A stretch of 64,000 nt of DNA from a virus (lineage: Duplodnaviria; Caudoviricetes): the IMG/VR virus record IMGVR_UViG_3300029913_000001. One strand, written 5' to 3'. Numbering within the stretch: the stretch's first letter is position 1; every line of letters begins with the position of its first letter. This document shows positions 54,045 to 63,776 of the stretch, one piece after another. A program made the translations under genes and the position numbers. The notes under the pieces are model-generated. The model worked only from the letters and a program-made list of their open reading frames with translations. It was not told the origin of the DNA and did no database searches.

Positions 54045-54608
54045 TTACCGCGGATAAACTACATATTGATAACATTTTTTTTCTTTTCCATAAAAACTTA
54101 CCATTTCTTCTACCGACACTATTTCATTCATATCGGGCGAAACCGACATCTTATATCCAGCATTTAGCAATGTTTGCCATGCCGTATTATCTTCGGATAT
54201 CATGCTTTTACTACTTTTAATTGCGCAGTTATCATTGTCTAAGATAGCGACATATAAATCGGCTAATTCCCCATATGTTATAAAAGAACTAATTCTGGCA
54301 TTTATCACTTCTAGTTCAGTACCGACTTTTTCCAATTCGACTATCTGCGTCATCGTTTCATTTTGCTCTGTCCAATAATAAACGCAGGTAGATAATTCTA
54401 TTTTTCTAGTGGTATCATTAATAATAATTGGTTGTTGCCCGAATTTTAATAAATCTCGAATATTATATTGTAAGATATCGAACATTCTAAATTGCCAAAA
54501 GCTTTTACCAGGCATCTCTAAAAAACTAACTTCCATTCGATGCATATCTTCGAGACAGTATAGCTTTTCATAATTGCACATATCTATTATATCTTGTTGA
54601 CCTATCAT
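54045..54608 (-). CDS. Degenerate GNAT-like paralog
   Basis: RKIELSTCVYYW.E shared with its neighbour; LYVAILDN..IKSSKSMISE....W..L. Confidence 0.6.
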   Translation of the reverse strand: MIGQQDIIDMCNYEKLYCLEDMHRMEVSFLEMPGKSFWQFRMFDILQYNIRDLLKFGQQPIIINDTTRKIELSTCVYYWTEQNETMTQIVELEKVGTELEVINARISSFITYGELADLYVAILDNDNCAIKSSKSMISEDNTAWQTLLNAGYKMSVSPDMNEIVSVEEMVSFYGKEKKCYQYVVYPR

Positions 54609-54610
54609 GT

Positions 54611-55219
54611 TTATACTCCAGCCAATTCTCGATATCTTTGGGTATTGAAAAAGTTTCTAGTCTCGGCTAATATTTTTGTTTCCGTTAAAATATATTGATA
54701 ACGTTTATAATCGGTATTATCGTTCTCAAAATAATTATCAAAATCGTTAATTGTTAAAAATGTTTTAAAAGTTCTTCCCGGATTTAATGCGTCATAAATT
54801 GAAATCTTATGACCCATTTTAAACAACCTTTTCCAAATAGCATATCCTTCATCGGACAGGGATACGTCGCTCAAAATTCTTACACCTTTACCGCAATCTT
54901 TTAGAATAACATCGTATAAAGAGCTAGCATATGGCTTTCTTCCCCGCCAATTAGAATTTTTTCCTGTAATTCTAACTACTAATCCTTGAGGTTTCTTTTC
55001 TAATTCCGAGCCTAAAATAATTTCATTATCTATTTCATACCAGTAATAGACACAAGTAGATAATTCTATTTTTCGATAACCATTGCCCATATCAATAGAA
55101 ATCTGGCCGTTTCTTTTAAGATCAGCAATATTATATATAAACATATCATATAGTTCGGTTTTACCGATTCCTTCCGGGGATTCGGTTAACCATGTTTCGT
55201 TGAATTCTAACTGGCTCAT
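54611..55219 (-). CDS. Divergent GNAT-fold paralog
   Basis: YYWYE / ILGSELEK / LVVRITGK / NWRGRKPYASSLY / RILSD / SDEGYAIWKRL. Confidence 0.75.
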   Translation of the reverse strand: MSQLEFNETWLTESPEGIGKTELYDMFIYNIADLKRNGQISIDMGNGYRKIELSTCVYYWYEIDNEIILGSELEKKPQGLVVRITGKNSNWRGRKPYASSLYDVILKDCGKGVRILSDVSLSDEGYAIWKRLFKMGHKISIYDALNPGRTFKTFLTINDFDNYFENDNTDYKRYQYILTETKILAETRNFFNTQRYRELAGV

Positions 55220-55234
55220 AATGCTCCTATATAA

Positions 55235-56233
55235 TTATATATTCCAGCTCTCATATAATAACTGCGATCCTAAATTCTTTGATTTAAGTTCGCACATAAT
55301 ATCGGCCCAATTCCAATGGCCATACGCCCAAGAATTAACCGCAGAATTAGTAAAATACTCACTGTGCCCACGTAATTGTTGTTTTTTAATACCGGAGGCT
55401 ACTAAAATTGAAAGATCAGGTAACGAAGATAAACTTGAATTAACTACGTCCGGTCGGCATTGACTATAATGAATTACGGGACGAATTCCTCGCCAACTAT
55501 CTTTAACTTTTGTAATTCGAGCATCGGATGGTAAAATATATTCTCCCGTTTTAATAAAATGATGATGCAGATCGATTACCAACGGAAGGCAATCTGCTAA
55601 TTTTAAAGTATCATCTAAGCCCCAACTAATTTCGTCATTTTCAATAGTAAGTGTGTTTCTTGCAGTAGAACTTAATTTAGGTAATATGTTTCTAATCGCT
55701 GTTGGCCCTACGCGACCGCCAACATGAATATTACATTTGAAATCCTGCCACGATTTTCCGTAACCCATCCAACGTATCATATCACTGTGGTATTCGATTT
55801 CTAGCCGACTATTCTCGACTACTTCCGTTCGATCACTAGAAAGACAGCAAAATTGTCCAGGGTGCATACTTAGCCGAACATTTAGATTACGTGCTACTTC
55901 ACCAATAATAGAAAAATTACTTTCACAATAATTCCGCACATCGGGTCGTTTCCAAAATGTTGACCAAACACCCTCCGTATACATCGGTAGAATATCAGAC
56001 GATAATCGCACCATTCTTAATTGATCCGTTAGCGATCCTACTTTTTTCACTAATTGCAATGATGCCGTTAAATTATGCTGCATTATATCCCAGAGTCGTT
56101 GCTCGGCATCTAACTTAGTTTGCCGATTTAGCCAAGATACCGTTGTTACTCGATTGTTCAGTTCGGCGACTGATTCGATCCTATTATTTGTATTTTTAAC
56201 CCATTTACATGCAAATCCAATGCGTTTAACCAT
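55235..56233 (-). CDS. uvsE: UV-damage endonuclease
   Basis: RIGFACK, RLSSDILP, RLSMHPGQF, NIHVGG, TIENDE, IDLHHH, HYSQ, DIMCELKSK. Confidence 0.92.
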   Translation of the reverse strand: MVKRIGFACKWVKNTNNRIESVAELNNRVTTVSWLNRQTKLDAEQRLWDIMQHNLTASLQLVKKVGSLTDQLRMVRLSSDILPMYTEGVWSTFWKRPDVRNYCESNFSIIGEVARNLNVRLSMHPGQFCCLSSDRTEVVENSRLEIEYHSDMIRWMGYGKSWQDFKCNIHVGGRVGPTAIRNILPKLSSTARNTLTIENDEISWGLDDTLKLADCLPLVIDLHHHFIKTGEYILPSDARITKVKDSWRGIRPVIHYSQCRPDVVNSSLSSLPDLSILVASGIKKQQLRGHSEYFTNSAVNSWAYGHWNWADIMCELKSKNLGSQLLYESWNI

Positions 56234-56267
56234 ATCTTAATTATACCAACTTTGTATTGGATAATCA

Positions 56268-56300
56268 AATGGCCGTTATATTTTAATATAACGGCCATTT
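56268..56300. terminator. Intrinsic terminator
   Basis: aaatggccgttata-tttta-atataacggccattt. Confidence 0.7.
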
Positions 56301-56302
56301 GA

Positions 56303-58120
56303 TTACTTATTCGTTAACTTTTGGATTTGCTCGTCGCTCATATTATTAACCCGAGAGCGAATTGAATTTGCATCTTCGTGAGTTTCTTTCGCTGCTCTAG
56401 TATCATCAACTTTCGTCTCTATAACTTGCTGATCTTGACTACTGCTTAACGGCAGACTTTCATTATCAAAATCATGAATCGGCAAAACCGATTGTTCCGA
56501 ATAATAATAGGTTAACGTAATTTTGTCACCGATATGTGATACCGGTAACTTAATCGATGTTGAGACGTCACCATTAAATAAATGATCTATACCTGCAACA
56601 TGAATATAATAAATTGTTCCTGTATTTGTATTGTTAAAACCAATTCTATCGATTGAACCGGTAATTGAATTTAATTCTCGATTCTTGTCAAGAGAACTAT
56701 TGATTCCTTTGCCCGATAGACTCTTTTGGAATTGTGACATTGCGGCGGACATTGTTGAGCCAAACGATACCTGTTGGATATTATTAATCTCAACAATTGC
56801 AACGCCTTGAAACGCACTATTCTCATTTACCACCGGAAGAATATCAACCATCTCTCCATAAAGATTATAAAGTTGTGGATCAACGCCGGTTAACTTTCGA
56901 TATGAAATATCTTGATTTCTATTAACCGCATTTACTACTGCCTTATTGGTCCCGCCGCCTGGCACCTGATAAAAGATTGTCTTCCCGGTATGCGCATCGG
57001 TGTAAATTACACCTACCATAGAGTCGTCGTTGGCACTCATTGAGGTTACGTCGGTGACCCAGGTTGCATCTCCATTATTACCATAAATCAAGGTTGTATT
57101 ACCTGGATGCAAACGCCCAACCTTGCCGCCAAAAATTGAACTGTTCCACCACCCATTTTTCAGGTCGCCCCAGTATGCGATATTGTCGTTAACCACCGAA
57201 TCTGGAACAACTCGATCAATCCATGCTGGTACACTGCCAATAGGATAAAAGGTGCTACTGCCCGATGCCGGATCTACAACTACAATACCATCAATCTTAA
57301 TACCCCACCATCCAATTGTCGGGGTGAATACAGATACAACCCACCAAGGATGATAATTTTCGTCTAGCTCAAATGAAAAATCAGTTAATCCTTTGGAGAA
57401 ATACCCATTAGTCCTTAGATGCCGTTCGAGATTATTACCGAAATAAGCGGATGGTGAATACACCATTTCGGCGCCGGATGCAAACTTTACAAACTTCGGC
57501 TGTTCCTCGGGATTTTCCGCTGACACCATCACGTAACCTGGAATTGAACCCGTTGAATTGGCAACCATCAGACCATCATATTCTAGAGGAAATACATACC
57601 AAAGTTCGCCCTTAATAAGTTGCAATGTCGACTCGCCTAGGTGAAACTGACTGCCAATCGATCCATCCTGACCCATTGCTTTAGTGGCGAGAAAATTAGC
57701 ATTATTCGAACTAACAAGACGAATATGATTCGGATCCTTGGGTTGAATATCTTGACTCCATTGGCGGGTTTCAACATTACCAATAAGGGCTGAATAATGC
57801 GCGGCATTTAATGCCTCACCAGAACTAACTAGCATAAAAAGATACAAAAAAATTGTTGAGATACCTAATGCCCACACGATAGCATAATGGTCATCATCCA
57901 TTGCGGTTAAAACAATGGAGTCGGTCAAAAATAAAATCGCAACAAATAGACCGGGCAAGCCGAATAATGGCCAAACCGTCGAAACATTATTTACGTAAAA
58001 AATCATCCATTGTAACGGCAAAAAGATCGATGCTACTATGGTCGCAGCCGGAATCCTCTTAAAGAGCAGAAGCGGCAAAATACCGATTAACGTGCTTACA
58101 AATGCAATCGCAAAAATCAT
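56303..58120 (-). CDS. Large membrane-anchored protein with an extracytoplasmic domain
   Basis: Four N-terminal TM segments followed by a ~500-aa beta-rich region. Confidence 0.75.
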   Translation of the reverse strand: MIFAIAFVSTLIGILPLLLFKRIPAATIVASIFLPLQWMIFYVNNVSTVWPLFGLPGLFVAILFLTDSIVLTAMDDDHYAIVWALGISTIFLYLFMLVSSGEALNAAHYSALIGNVETRQWSQDIQPKDPNHIRLVSSNNANFLATKAMGQDGSIGSQFHLGESTLQLIKGELWYVFPLEYDGLMVANSTGSIPGYVMVSAENPEEQPKFVKFASGAEMVYSPSAYFGNNLERHLRTNGYFSKGLTDFSFELDENYHPWWVVSVFTPTIGWWGIKIDGIVVVDPASGSSTFYPIGSVPAWIDRVVPDSVVNDNIAYWGDLKNGWWNSSIFGGKVGRLHPGNTTLIYGNNGDATWVTDVTSMSANDDSMVGVIYTDAHTGKTIFYQVPGGGTNKAVVNAVNRNQDISYRKLTGVDPQLYNLYGEMVDILPVVNENSAFQGVAIVEINNIQQVSFGSTMSAAMSQFQKSLSGKGINSSLDKNRELNSITGSIDRIGFNNTNTGTIYYIHVAGIDHLFNGDVSTSIKLPVSHIGDKITLTYYYSEQSVLPIHDFDNESLPLSSSQDQQVIETKVDDTRAAKETHEDANSIRSRVNNMSDEQIQKLTNK

Positions 58121-58203
58121 TCTCTAACCTTTCAAAGTACACGACAAAATTTTGTCCACATATACATTGTAGCATATATGTGGGCAAAAATCAAGAATTT
58201 AAA

Positions 58204-59166
58204 TTATTTAACCGAGTGAAATTGTTCAAACTTACGATTGTAGAAAGAACAAACATCTAAACATTGCTTCGAACAAATCGGATCAGTTTTGGTATTATGT
58301 GTCTTATACCATTCAGCCCGTTCTTCTCGCATATGAGGTCCGACTTTTCCGATCGGCCGACCACCTTCTCGAAAATAAATTACACAGGGAAAGTGATAGT
58401 TACCGTTGACAATCATATCATCATGCACAAGGCCGCATTTCGAAACATCTGAGTCTAATAATCCTCTTACGGTTGTGCCTTCTTTTAGATTTGCAATTCG
58501 ATATGCTAAAATAGGATGTCTAGACAAGATATCAGGCGATACTACGACATTGCTCAACTTATTCGATTCTTGAGCGGCAGGAATAATTCGAATATCCGCA
58601 ACCCCTAAGCTATCGGCAAACGTAATAATCTCATTCACCTTTTCAGCATTAATTCCGGCATTTAAAACAACTCCGACCGAAACATATGTCTTAGCCGACA
58701 AATATCGAATATTCTCTACGACTGTTTCCCATTTGCCAGCTCCCCCATCAAGAATGTCGCCGTCTGATGCGCAACAGGCATCGAGCGAAATGCTCAGATC
58801 ATTTGCACCGGCAGCAAGCAACGAATCATACAATTCCTTTGATGCCGAGCCATTCGTTGAAATTGCAATACGTTCACACCCTACTTCCTTTGCAATCGCA
58901 ATCAACTTATCCAATCCCTTATATAATGTGGGTTCCCCACCGGAGAATCGAATATTCTTAAGATGCTGCGCGCCCCATAGACGAACAATGTTTTCTGCAT
59001 CTACAAAAGGAATATCCGGCCCGCCTACCCGCCTACAATAGGGGCATCGAAAATTACAGGCCGAGGAAACGATAAGTTCACATCGCTGTAAATCAGAAGA
59101 TACCGATGCATTACGGCAACGATTGTTGCTAAGAGTATAAAATCCAATTTGTGTTAAGTCTTCCAT
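58204..59166 (-). CDS. Radical SAM protein
   Basis: CNFRCPYC, FSGGEPT, ISTNGS, SISLD; C-terminal Cys cluster. Confidence 0.9.
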   Translation of the reverse strand: MEDLTQIGFYTLSNNRCRNASVSSDLQRCELIVSSACNFRCPYCRRVGGPDIPFVDAENIVRLWGAQHLKNIRFSGGEPTLYKGLDKLIAIAKEVGCERIAISTNGSASKELYDSLLAAGANDLSISLDACCASDGDILDGGAGKWETVVENIRYLSAKTYVSVGVVLNAGINAEKVNEIITFADSLGVADIRIIPAAQESNKLSNVVVSPDILSRHPILAYRIANLKEGTTVRGLLDSDVSKCGLVHDDMIVNGNYHFPCVIYFREGGRPIGKVGPHMREERAEWYKTHNTKTDPICSKQCLDVCSFYNRKFEQFHSVK

Positions 59167-59183
59167 CTATCTTTCCTTTCTAA

Positions 59184-59531
59184 TTAATCAACGTGAATAC
59201 TTTGAGATCCACTCATATCACCGCATACTACACCAGTTACATTCTCACCATTTGGAGCAACAGCTCGGAATGCCGTTTTAGTGAATGCACTATCACAACC
59301 AAGATATCGATGTCCAGTAATTTGAATATTATGATAATTATTAATCGTTAATACATGAGTTGCCGCAGCAGGATTAATATATGGATAGCAGGCTGCGATA
59401 ATAATACCTACACAAACTGCTACTATACCGGCTAATACTAGAAAGGATGAAATACCTTCCATTATCGAATTATCTTTTTCTACAGACTCAAACATATTAT
59501 TCCTTTTCTTGAAAAATCTTTTCGAATTCAT
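59184..59531 (-). CDS. Small membrane-anchored protein
   Basis: One TM; GC......T.F.A....G..V.GVVC motif. Confidence 0.65.
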   Translation of the reverse strand: MNSKRFFKKRNNMFESVEKDNSIMEGISSFLVLAGIVAVCVGIIIAACYPYINPAAATHVLTINNYHNIQITGHRYLGCDSAFTKTAFRAVAPNGENVTGVVCGDMSGSQSIHVD

Positions 59532-59769
59532 AATCTCTAAGGTGAAACCAAAATTCCTTATAATCTTTAAAAAACATAACGGCGATATGGTTTGCCTTAG
59601 GACGGCAGATTAAATTTTCACCATAGCACCAACCAACTGCATACTTCTTAAGAATTTCACGATTTTCGATAAGAGCATTCGTGCGGCAAGGAATGTGAAA
59701 TTCATTCCACACATCGCCACTTCTCCAAGTGCTCCAATCAAACGCGCTTGAATCCAATTTTTCGATCAT
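59497..59769 (-). CDS. Hypothetical protein
   Basis: 90 aa ORF. Confidence 0.55.
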   Translation of the reverse strand: MIEKLDSSAFDWSTWRSGDVWNEFHIPCRTNALIENREILKKYAVGWCYGENLICRPKANHIAVMFFKDYKEFWFHLRDYEFEKIFQEKE

Positions 59770-59774
59770 TAATT

Positions 59775-60077
59775 TTACTTTCGAGGAATTTTAATTTTAC
59801 GTTTAGAGGTAATAACCGGCGGATTCGGATCGTAATCTTTTTTGTAAATTCTTTTATACTCTTCCAAAAAATTAAATGGGCCGATCACCTTAACAAAATT
59901 TTCCGGAGGTATAATCCGGGTGGTCCGATAATGACGATTAATATTCGAAAATGGATCATTCGAAATATCATACGGATCATCGAGTTTAACGGTAATTACG
60001 TAGTAATCAGGAAAATGCATTGATTCTTTATATTGCCATTTTCGAGCTGAAATATGAGCGAAGGCATACCTTACCAA
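59775..60077 (-). CDS. Hypothetical protein
   Basis: 100 aa ORF. Confidence 0.5.
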   Translation of the reverse strand: MVRYAFAHISARKWQYKESMHFPDYYVITVKLDDPYDISNDPFSNINRHYRTTRIIPPENFVKVIGPFNFLEEYKRIYKKDYDPNPPVITSKRKIKIPRK

Positions 60078-60083
60078 TATCTA

Positions 60084-60320
60084 TTACTTCTTGCTGCAAG
60101 TCTCACCTTCTAATTTGTATTTGCCCCATTCCGGGGTATCATTATGCGTTCGAAACCTTCGTTCCGCATGTCCACGAGTTTTCTCTAGAATGATAAAAAA
60201 TGAATCGGATTGCCAATTATATTCCCACCATCCGTTAAGAGTAGTTTTTCCATCTGTCCATTTCGCAGTCTTCATCCTATCGGTTATTGGTCGAAACATC
60301 ATTCCAGCAAAATCAACCAT
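60084..60320 (-). CDS. Hypothetical protein
   Basis: 78 aa; the start overlaps the ligase stop codon. Confidence 0.55.
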   Translation of the reverse strand: MVDFAGMMFRPITDRMKTAKWTDGKTTLNGWWEYNWQSDSFFIILEKTRGHAERRFRTHNDTPEWGKYKLEGETCSKK

Positions 60321-62368
60321 TACTTTCCCAAAGCCTCAGTTAACCAATCATCTCCAACGATGTTGATACCCAACTTCTGTGCCTTTGCAAGTTTTGATCC
60401 CGCCGCCTCTCCGCAAATCAAAAGGTTAACATCCTTTGTTACGGAACTATGCGCAATTGCACCCAACTTTTCTAAATCAGCCGTGATACCAGGACGGGAA
60501 CCACGAGCAAACGATCCAGTAATGCAAAAGTCGACTCCCTCTAACTTCTTACCGGCTGTTGGAACTGTAACCAACCCAGTAGGACGAACGCCCGCCGCAT
60601 GAAGCCGATTGCACAAATTAACGTTATTCTTATTCTTTGCCCAATCAACAATTGAAGCGGTCTTTACAGGACCGAGTTTTTCAATATTCAGCGCAGGTAA
60701 AGTAAGTAGCAACTTGGGCAACTTACCCATATCGTCGGAGGTAAGATTCAATGCCTTTGAGATGTCTTCCCCAAGCGAATGTCCAACCATTGGAATGTTA
60801 AGTGACGCAATCCAACGTTCCCAAGTTGCGGTCTTTGCAACTTCTAAACTCTTAACCATCTTCAGAGTGTTAACACCGGAACGAAAGCCGGCATTTTTAA
60901 ATGAGGATACCAGAGCAAGATCATTTTGCTTCGACTTCGAAAAACTTGCAGCGGAATTTAATGATGCATTTCCAAATTCAAATAAATCCGCAATATTAGT
61001 AATATCGAAATCAACTAATTCAGCCGACATACTAGCGCCGAGATTATCAATTTCTAAAGTATCACGATGGCCAATGTAAACAAACTGTTGTGCCGCCTTT
61101 CCTGGGCACGCACTATTATCGCAAAATCGTTGCGCAATACCGGAATCATTTTGAATTCGCAAAATGGAATTGCAAGAGGGGCAATGTGTCGGAAACGGCA
61201 ATTTCCTTGCTCCCTTATTATTCACAACACCGGTGATATAGGGAATCACGTCGCCCGAACGCAAAATCTTGACTATTGATCCAATCATTATGTCAAGATT
61301 TTCCATGTAAGTTTCGTTACAAAGATTAGCGCGTGAAATCATCGCACCGCCGAGGTCAACCGGCTCCAAAATTGCCACCGGAGTGACCTTTCCCGTGCGG
61401 CCTAGGCCAAATTCGATGCCCGCCAACTTTGTTTGGGCAGACAAATTTTGGGGCTTAAAGCAATGCTGATAGCGGGTAAATTTTTCAGCGACCCCAAGTG
61501 TATTTCGAACTTTGTGTGAATCGGCTTTAATTACTACACCATCGCAAACAACGTCGGTAGTCTTAATAAATTCGAGCAGCTTGTTTAGTGCACCTTCAAT
61601 CGCACCTTTTGCAGAAGTTGCAACCGCAATGCCTTCATACTTAGGAAAGCCCAGAGCATATGCGAGATTCATACGCGCAATAGCGCTATCCGGGAGCAAA
61701 TCATCTTGATCTGGGCTATACATATCCCAGGGCATTAGCAGAATTTCGCGACTTGCAACAATAGACATATCTTGCTGTTTCATTGTGCCCGCAACAAGAT
61801 TTCGTGTGTTTGAATACTGCTTACCTCCCAATGCGTTAATGCGAGCTAGTTCACTCTTTCGCATCACTAGTTCACCGCGAATTCGAAGATCGCTGGGCAA
61901 ATTCTTCGGAAGATTTTTCCCACCAAAGTATTGCGGAATATACTTGCAGGCATGAACCTGCTCGGTCATATCTTCTCCGGCTTCTCCATCGCCGCGTGTT
62001 ACAGCACGGATCAGCCGGCCATTCTTGTAAGAAAGCTCGCAGCTAATCCCATCCCGTTTCGGCTCCTCGAGAACAACATCACCATAATTCTTGGCAGCGG
62101 CAATATAACTTTCGGGCGTGTAATAATTCTCAATACTCAACATTGGCCGATCGTGCTTAATCCGAGTAAGAGAATTCTTTGAATCCCCCACACGAGTGAG
62201 GACGGTCGCAAGATTCGCAAAATTCGAATTTGCATTAACCAGCGAAATCAACTGCGCTTCTAGCGCATCATATTCACCATCGCTCAAAATTGGATCGCCG
62301 GCGTAATAGGCTACCTGCGCGTCAATCAACTGCGAATTAAGTGTTTCAATCAACTTGCCTGCTTGCAT
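60320..62368 (-). CDS. ligA: NAD-dependent DNA ligase
   Basis: YYAGDPILSDGEYD, EPKRDG, TRGDGEAG, RGE, DGVVIK, GRTGKVTP, C4 zinc finger, BRCT; start MQAGK after the promoter and RBS. Confidence 0.95.
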   Translation of the reverse strand: MQAGKLIETLNSQLIDAQVAYYAGDPILSDGEYDALEAQLISLVNANSNFANLATVLTRVGDSKNSLTRIKHDRPMLSIENYYTPESYIAAAKNYGDVVLEEPKRDGISCELSYKNGRLIRAVTRGDGEAGEDMTEQVHACKYIPQYFGGKNLPKNLPSDLRIRGELVMRKSELARINALGGKQYSNTRNLVAGTMKQQDMSIVASREILLMPWDMYSPDQDDLLPDSAIARMNLAYALGFPKYEGIAVATSAKGAIEGALNKLLEFIKTTDVVCDGVVIKADSHKVRNTLGVAEKFTRYQHCFKPQNLSAQTKLAGIEFGLGRTGKVTPVAILEPVDLGGAMISRANLCNETYMENLDIMIGSIVKILRSGDVIPYITGVVNNKGARKLPFPTHCPSCNSILRIQNDSGIAQRFCDNSACPGKAAQQFVYIGHRDTLEIDNLGASMSAELVDFDITNIADLFEFGNASLNSAASFSKSKQNDLALVSSFKNAGFRSGVNTLKMVKSLEVAKTATWERWIASLNIPMVGHSLGEDISKALNLTSDDMGKLPKLLLTLPALNIEKLGPVKTASIVDWAKNKNNVNLCNRLHAAGVRPTGLVTVPTAGKKLEGVDFCITGSFARGSRPGITADLEKLGAIAHSSVTKDVNLLICGEAAGSKLAKAQKLGINIVGDDWLTEALGK

Positions 62369-62380
62369 ACCTGTTTTCCT

Positions 62381-62419
62381 CACTGAAATAATTATAGCAA
62401 ACGCCGGGTTAAGTGTCAA
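62381..62419 (-). promoter_or_regulatory. Conserved early promoter, copy 4
   Basis: TTGACA-17-TATAAT with the identical core. Confidence 0.88.
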
Positions 62420-62617
62420 CCGATAAATTTGTAGGTGCCGTCCGGGTTCTGTTCAAATGTTCCACGGCGAACACCGGTAGCAATAACCAATTTTGCAAAC
62501 CACCCCCAATGAAAAGGATAAATTAGCTCCACAATTTCATTGAACGTTATATGCTCGGTATCCATCTTGCTCAACGTGTCTGCAATTCTCATATACCGTT
62601 TATTCAGCCGAGCTCCT

Positions 62618-62656
62618 CACTGAAATAATTATAGCAAAATCCGGTACCGAATGCAA
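62618..62656 (-). promoter_or_regulatory. Conserved early promoter, copy 5
   Basis: TTGCAT-17-TATAAT with the identical core. Confidence 0.85.
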
Positions 62657-62722
62657 GAAAAAAGTAATCGCTGAAAACAAAGGGCTTATTCGATGAGGAA
62701 TAAGCCCGTTGTAATCAAAGTA

Positions 62723-62953
62723 TTACTCCTTGGTCTTAAGACGACTCTTATTTGCTTCCAGAAATTCATCGAGCTTAGGGGTTGCTTCAATCAGCCGCTT
62801 CCACTGACTGTAATATAGCGTAACGGGGAAACGCCCCATTCCGTAAACCGAAACCCCGCCCTTTTCGCCGACCTTAAACGTTAATGCCTTAACGGATTTT
62901 TCGGCCTGTAACGCCTCGAGCTGCGCTTTCAATTCTTCGTAAGTTGGTTCCAT
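62723..62953 (-). CDS. Small conserved protein (KVGEKGGVSVYGMGRFPVTLY family)
   Basis: Start MEPTYEELK after the promoter; the motif is recognisable from bacterial hypothetical proteins. Confidence 0.75.
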   Translation of the reverse strand: MEPTYEELKAQLEALQAEKSVKALTFKVGEKGGVSVYGMGRFPVTLYYSQWKRLIEATPKLDEFLEANKSRLKTKE

Positions 62954-62971
62954 TTTAACAACCTTTCTTCC

Positions 62972-63010
62972 CACTGAAATAATTATAGCAAAGTTAGCCA
63001 TCAAATGCAA
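62972..63010 (-). promoter_or_regulatory. Conserved early promoter, copy 6
   Basis: TTGCAT-17-TATAAT with the identical core. Confidence 0.85.
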
Positions 63011-63074
63011 GAAAAAGTTTGTACTCAAAACAAAGAACTTAACGATTTTTACTCGTTAAGTTCTTTGTAATCAG

Positions 63075-63776
63075 CTATTTTGCCAGTTTAACGAAATTAA
63101 GCTGGGTTGTGTTCCCGGTGAATCGCTTAACTTTTCCGGTAACCTGATATATTTGACCAGGATTCCAGCCGTTTCCGTTAAAAAAGAATAGTAGATGTGT
63201 ACCAGACGTTGCATTAATTACATTTACATTGTATTTTGCGCTGAACGAGCACGAAATAACCGTAATCTGCAGGGCAACTTTAGAACCTACTATTACCCCA
63301 GGAAGTGGAGAACTAGCAGACTCGGCATCAATTTTGGTGTTCTGCGCTATCTGACGCTTCACATCTCGTTCATACCATGAGGGTAAGCAAGCCGTAAGGC
63401 CAAAATTGAGGCCACGATCTCCAAGCTCTAAGAGTTGAGTGATTGCGACAACCTTTTTAGTAAACTCATTTGCGGTATCGTCAAAAATCTGGGTCAGCAT
63501 TCCAGAATAATGCAGGCGAATCGCTTCACCCTGTTCAAAATCTTCCTTGGTAAGATCTGTAGGATTAGCGAGCAGGGTGCGCATCAGTTTAGAATTGAGC
63601 GGCTTCGTTCCCCCGGCCTCGCCAATTGCGGACGCAGACCCCCACTTTACATATTCCCCATTGATTCTCTGGGCAGCTACCGCAGCAGCGAAAACCGTGC
63701 TAATCGGGAACATTTTGCTAGGAACGTTCATTGGTCCTGACTTCCGTACGGGATGCCGATAATAACCATAACTCAT
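63075..63776 (-). CDS. Hypothetical phage protein with a C-terminal OB-fold-like region
   Basis: AAAVAAQRINGEY...; ends TGKVKRF....TQLNFVK. Confidence 0.7.
   Translation of the reverse strand: MSYGYYRHPVRKSGPMNVPSKMFPISTVFAAAVAAQRINGEYVKWGSASAIGEAGGTKPLNSKLMRTLLANPTDLTKEDFEQGEAIRLHYSGMLTQIFDDTANEFTKKVVAITQLLELGDRGLNFGLTACLPSWYERDVKRQIAQNTKIDAESASSPLPGVIVGSKVALQITVISCSFSAKYNVNVINATSGTHLLFFFNGNGWNPGQIYQVTGKVKRFTGNTTQLNFVKLAK

Noticed and set aside
60210-62182. Plus-strand ORFs inside ligA, and similar ones inside nadV, the radical SAM gene and uvsE
   Set aside because: They are antisense shadows of well-supported genes, with no RBS, promoter or recognisable motifs.
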